Virus record (IMG/VR): IMGVR_UViG_3300028601_000021
Coordinates: 64,001-128,000 of that record
DNA: 64,000 bases
Direction: 5' to 3' (one strand)
Origin: a virus
Lineage: Duplodnaviria; Caudoviricetes
Shown here: piece after piece, positions 61,942 through 64,000 of the stretch
How the letters are laid out: each line of letters opens with the position of its first letter
Numbering within the stretch: the stretch's first letter is position 1
Notes under the pieces: generated by a model
Databases searched by the model: none
What the model saw: the letters and a program-made list of their open reading frames with translations, nothing else
Told to the model about the DNA's origin: nothing
Translations under genes and position numbers: made by a program

Positions 61942-62337
61942 TTATTCATCGGTAGGACAAGTAAATGTATCACCTTGAATGGTACAAGGACCTTTGGGTG
62001 TCATGAGTGTGATATCTTCGGTATCGAACATCTCTTCCACCACACGACCGTGTAGTTCATTTCCCGGTTCATTCAATTCATAGGTGATCTGAAGTTGACC
62101 CATGTGTCGGAAATACCAGGCATTCTGAACTCCTCGGATAATCACCTCACCTGTTTTATTGTCTACCACCCACGGAAGTCCATCGTAGGCCTTACTTCCG
62201 ATGGAATAAGTATTTCCTGTTTCAGGAGCAGTTACTTCCATGGGTGTGGGTGTGGTCTCAGGAGTCTTGGGGTGCATACCACCGATGCATCCGGTTACAA
62301 ACAAAACAATGAAGAAATAGATACTCTGCCATTTCAT
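61942..62337 (-). CDS. Exported lipoprotein-like protein, paralog A
   Basis: Signal peptide with VTGC lipobox-like motif. Confidence 0.6.
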   Translation of the reverse strand: MKWQSIYFFIVLFVTGCIGGMHPKTPETTPTPMEVTAPETGNTYSIGSKAYDGLPWVVDNKTGEVIIRGVQNAWYFRHMGQLQITYELNEPGNELHGRVVEEMFDTEDITLMTPKGPCTIQGDTFTCPTDE

Positions 62338-62747
62338 TGCAGGATCTCCTTCACCGATTCATTCCATTCATCCAATCCGGGACATTCCACGTGCTGGAGA
62401 TCAGGGATACCGCACTCCTGGTTATCCGGAGTAAGTACCTTGACCTTAGTCCATGCCACTTCTGTTTCCTGGAATTCTCCATTCACCGCATATGTCATAA
62501 TGACTACACCACCACCGATGACCTGAGCCAACAAGAGCTCTTCAATAATCACTTCCCTGGTAGCCTTATCTACCACCCTCGGTGCTACGATGACAGGGTA
62601 TTCACCACCATCACCTTCGACACTTTCATCGATGTTGAAGTCGAACATTTCCTCATCAGTGAGAGGAGGATTGTCCTGAGCCACAGCCATGGTACCGACG
62701 AACATCAATACCACCAGAATCATAATTGTGTAAAAAGTCTTTTTCAT
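62334..62747 (-). CDS. Exported protein, paralog B
   Basis: Signal peptide ending AVA. Confidence 0.6.
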   Translation of the reverse strand: MKKTFYTIMILVVLMFVGTMAVAQDNPPLTDEEMFDFNIDESVEGDGGEYPVIVAPRVVDKATREVIIEELLLAQVIGGGVVIMTYAVNGEFQETEVAWTKVKVLTPDNQECGIPDLQHVECPGLDEWNESVKEILQ

Positions 62748-62776
62748 AATATCAATTCCTTATTGGTATTTAAAAG

Positions 62777-63109
62777 TTAAGGACAGACAAAGTTTCCATC
62801 CGACATTACACCACACTCACCATTCTCATTGAATATCTTCACCTTATCATAAAGATATTCATTAGCCACAAAGCTCTGGGCTTCATCGTCGATATTGAGA
62901 ACACGCACTACTCCATTACAGGAGCTGTAGTATGCATCGATCACGTGGTTTACATACACCCTACCGGTGTAAATATCCATAGCCCAGATACCTTCCTTTG
63001 GGACAGAGATATCTTCTAGTGCCGGGGTGTTTACTGGAGTGATATCTGTGGCATTGACGGATACCACGTTCAATACCACCATCAGAATAATCATCAGGAA
63101 AGTTTTCAT
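62777..63109 (-). CDS. Exported protein, paralog C
   Basis: Signal peptide ending VNA. Confidence 0.6.
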   Translation of the reverse strand: MKTFLMIILMVVLNVVSVNATDITPVNTPALEDISVPKEGIWAMDIYTGRVYVNHVIDAYYSSCNGVVRVLNIDDEAQSFVANEYLYDKVKIFNENGECGVMSDGNFVCP

Positions 63110-63636
63110 ACTGCAGTCATCCTCTCAAGTTTTTCAGTCATGATGGTTTTAAGAACATAATTCACACAGCCAATTTTCAAGATGTCAATAATGGTGTAAT
63201 CCTCCAACTTAGTAGTCCACCGCTTATCGAACTTATCGGATTCCTTCATATCCACAAATGTGGTGTGGTGTGGTTTTCCACCGTTATGCGGGATGTATGT
63301 TTCGATGATGGTTTCATAGGTCTTGCCCATCACATCGATGGTAGCGCGACCATTGAAGGAGATACCTGCCTGGAAATAATACGTGTGACGCAGGACCGTG
63401 TAATCCACACCAGCTACTTCCTTACACTTGGTGCTCCCTTCGATGGACCTGTAGACATTCAAGAATGCTTCAAATTTCGTACCATCGATATTAAAAGAAA
63501 ATCCGTTCACAGTACCGGTATCGGATCTACAGATCAATCCGATAAGTACGGTGTTGTCTAACTTAGCCGCCACCACATTAGCTAAGCCGCAATCATGAGC
63601 AAACCCGATCAATTCATTGATGAAAGCTTCTTGCAT
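63106..63636 (-). CDS. Hypothetical early protein
   Basis: ATG at 63636 follows AAGGAG; TATATTAC at 63677-63684. Confidence 0.6.
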   Translation of the reverse strand: MQEAFINELIGFAHDCGLANVVAAKLDNTVLIGLICRSDTGTVNGFSFNIDGTKFEAFLNVYRSIEGSTKCKEVAGVDYTVLRHTYYFQAGISFNGRATIDVMGKTYETIIETYIPHNGGKPHHTTFVDMKESDKFDKRWTTKLEDYTIIDILKIGCVNYVLKTIMTEKLERMTAV

Positions 63637-63676
63637 TTTATCTCCTTTATTGAGGTAAATGGTTAAATTCATATTA

Positions 63677-63684
63677 GTAATATA
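63677..63684 (-). promoter_or_regulatory. phiKZ-type early promoter TATATTAC
   Basis: Exact motif upstream of 63636. Confidence 0.7.
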
Positions 63685-63761
63685 TAGCTATTATTCCTTG
63701 AAAAACTATAAAAAATATACACCACAGTAACTACTACAGCTACTGTGGTGTATAATACTAA

Positions 63762-63992
63762 TTAATCTCGTGTGGCGGCTTCTGCTACATGGCGACGTAC
63801 ATTTCGCATGACTTGTCCGATACATGCGGTTTTGATTACGTGCATGATATCTTGTCGTTGTAACAATTCAAAATCATCAAGATTGAATTCTTTAGCTGAT
63901 TCTATTTTACCAAATACTTTATATTCGGCACCAAATCCATCTTCACGAATAATTGTTTTGATATACATTTCCAACACCGGATCGTGTTTCAT
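63762..63992 (-). CDS. Hypothetical protein, possibly partial at window edge
   Basis: Frame is open to the window end; weak similarity to the C-terminus of 63106-63636. Confidence 0.5.
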   Translation of the reverse strand: MKHDPVLEMYIKTIIREDGFGAEYKVFGKIESAKEFNLDDFELLQRQDIMHVIKTACIGQVMRNVRRHVAEAATRD

Positions 63993-64000
63993 TAAACCAA

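Overview
This AT-rich window comes from a phiKZ-like jumbo myovirus (Chimalliviridae-like). It carries the hallmark core genes: large terminase, prohead protease, portal, tail sheath and tube, gp26/27/28-like structural block, an SbcC ATPase and three split multisubunit RNA polymerase subunits. Accessory minus-strand genes are interspersed, and several sit behind a TATATTAC early-promoter motif. Main observations: (1) terL is interrupted by a 306-nt ORF-less group I intron (29128-29433) whose removal restores a 719-aa protein. (2) Both ribonucleotide reductases look incomplete: a diverged class III NrdD with a 170-aa mini-intein at its catalytic Cys and no glycyl-radical tail, and a class II NrdJ that stops before its NPCGE loop at a hairpin. 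(3) An early operon holds three paralogous Pol-beta-type nucleotidyltransferases plus a MYG1 nuclease, followed by a GNAT. (4) An active-type and a degenerate ClpP pair lie behind the prohead protease. (5) About 23 related intergenic palindromes punctuate the window. (6) There is a candidate multi-stem RNA at 13647-13828. (7) A 1.3-kb non-coding region has a G-quadruplex-like tract and 38-bp repeats. All family calls come from motif recognition by eye; no database searches were run, and phiKZ gp numbers are from recalled size and synteny.
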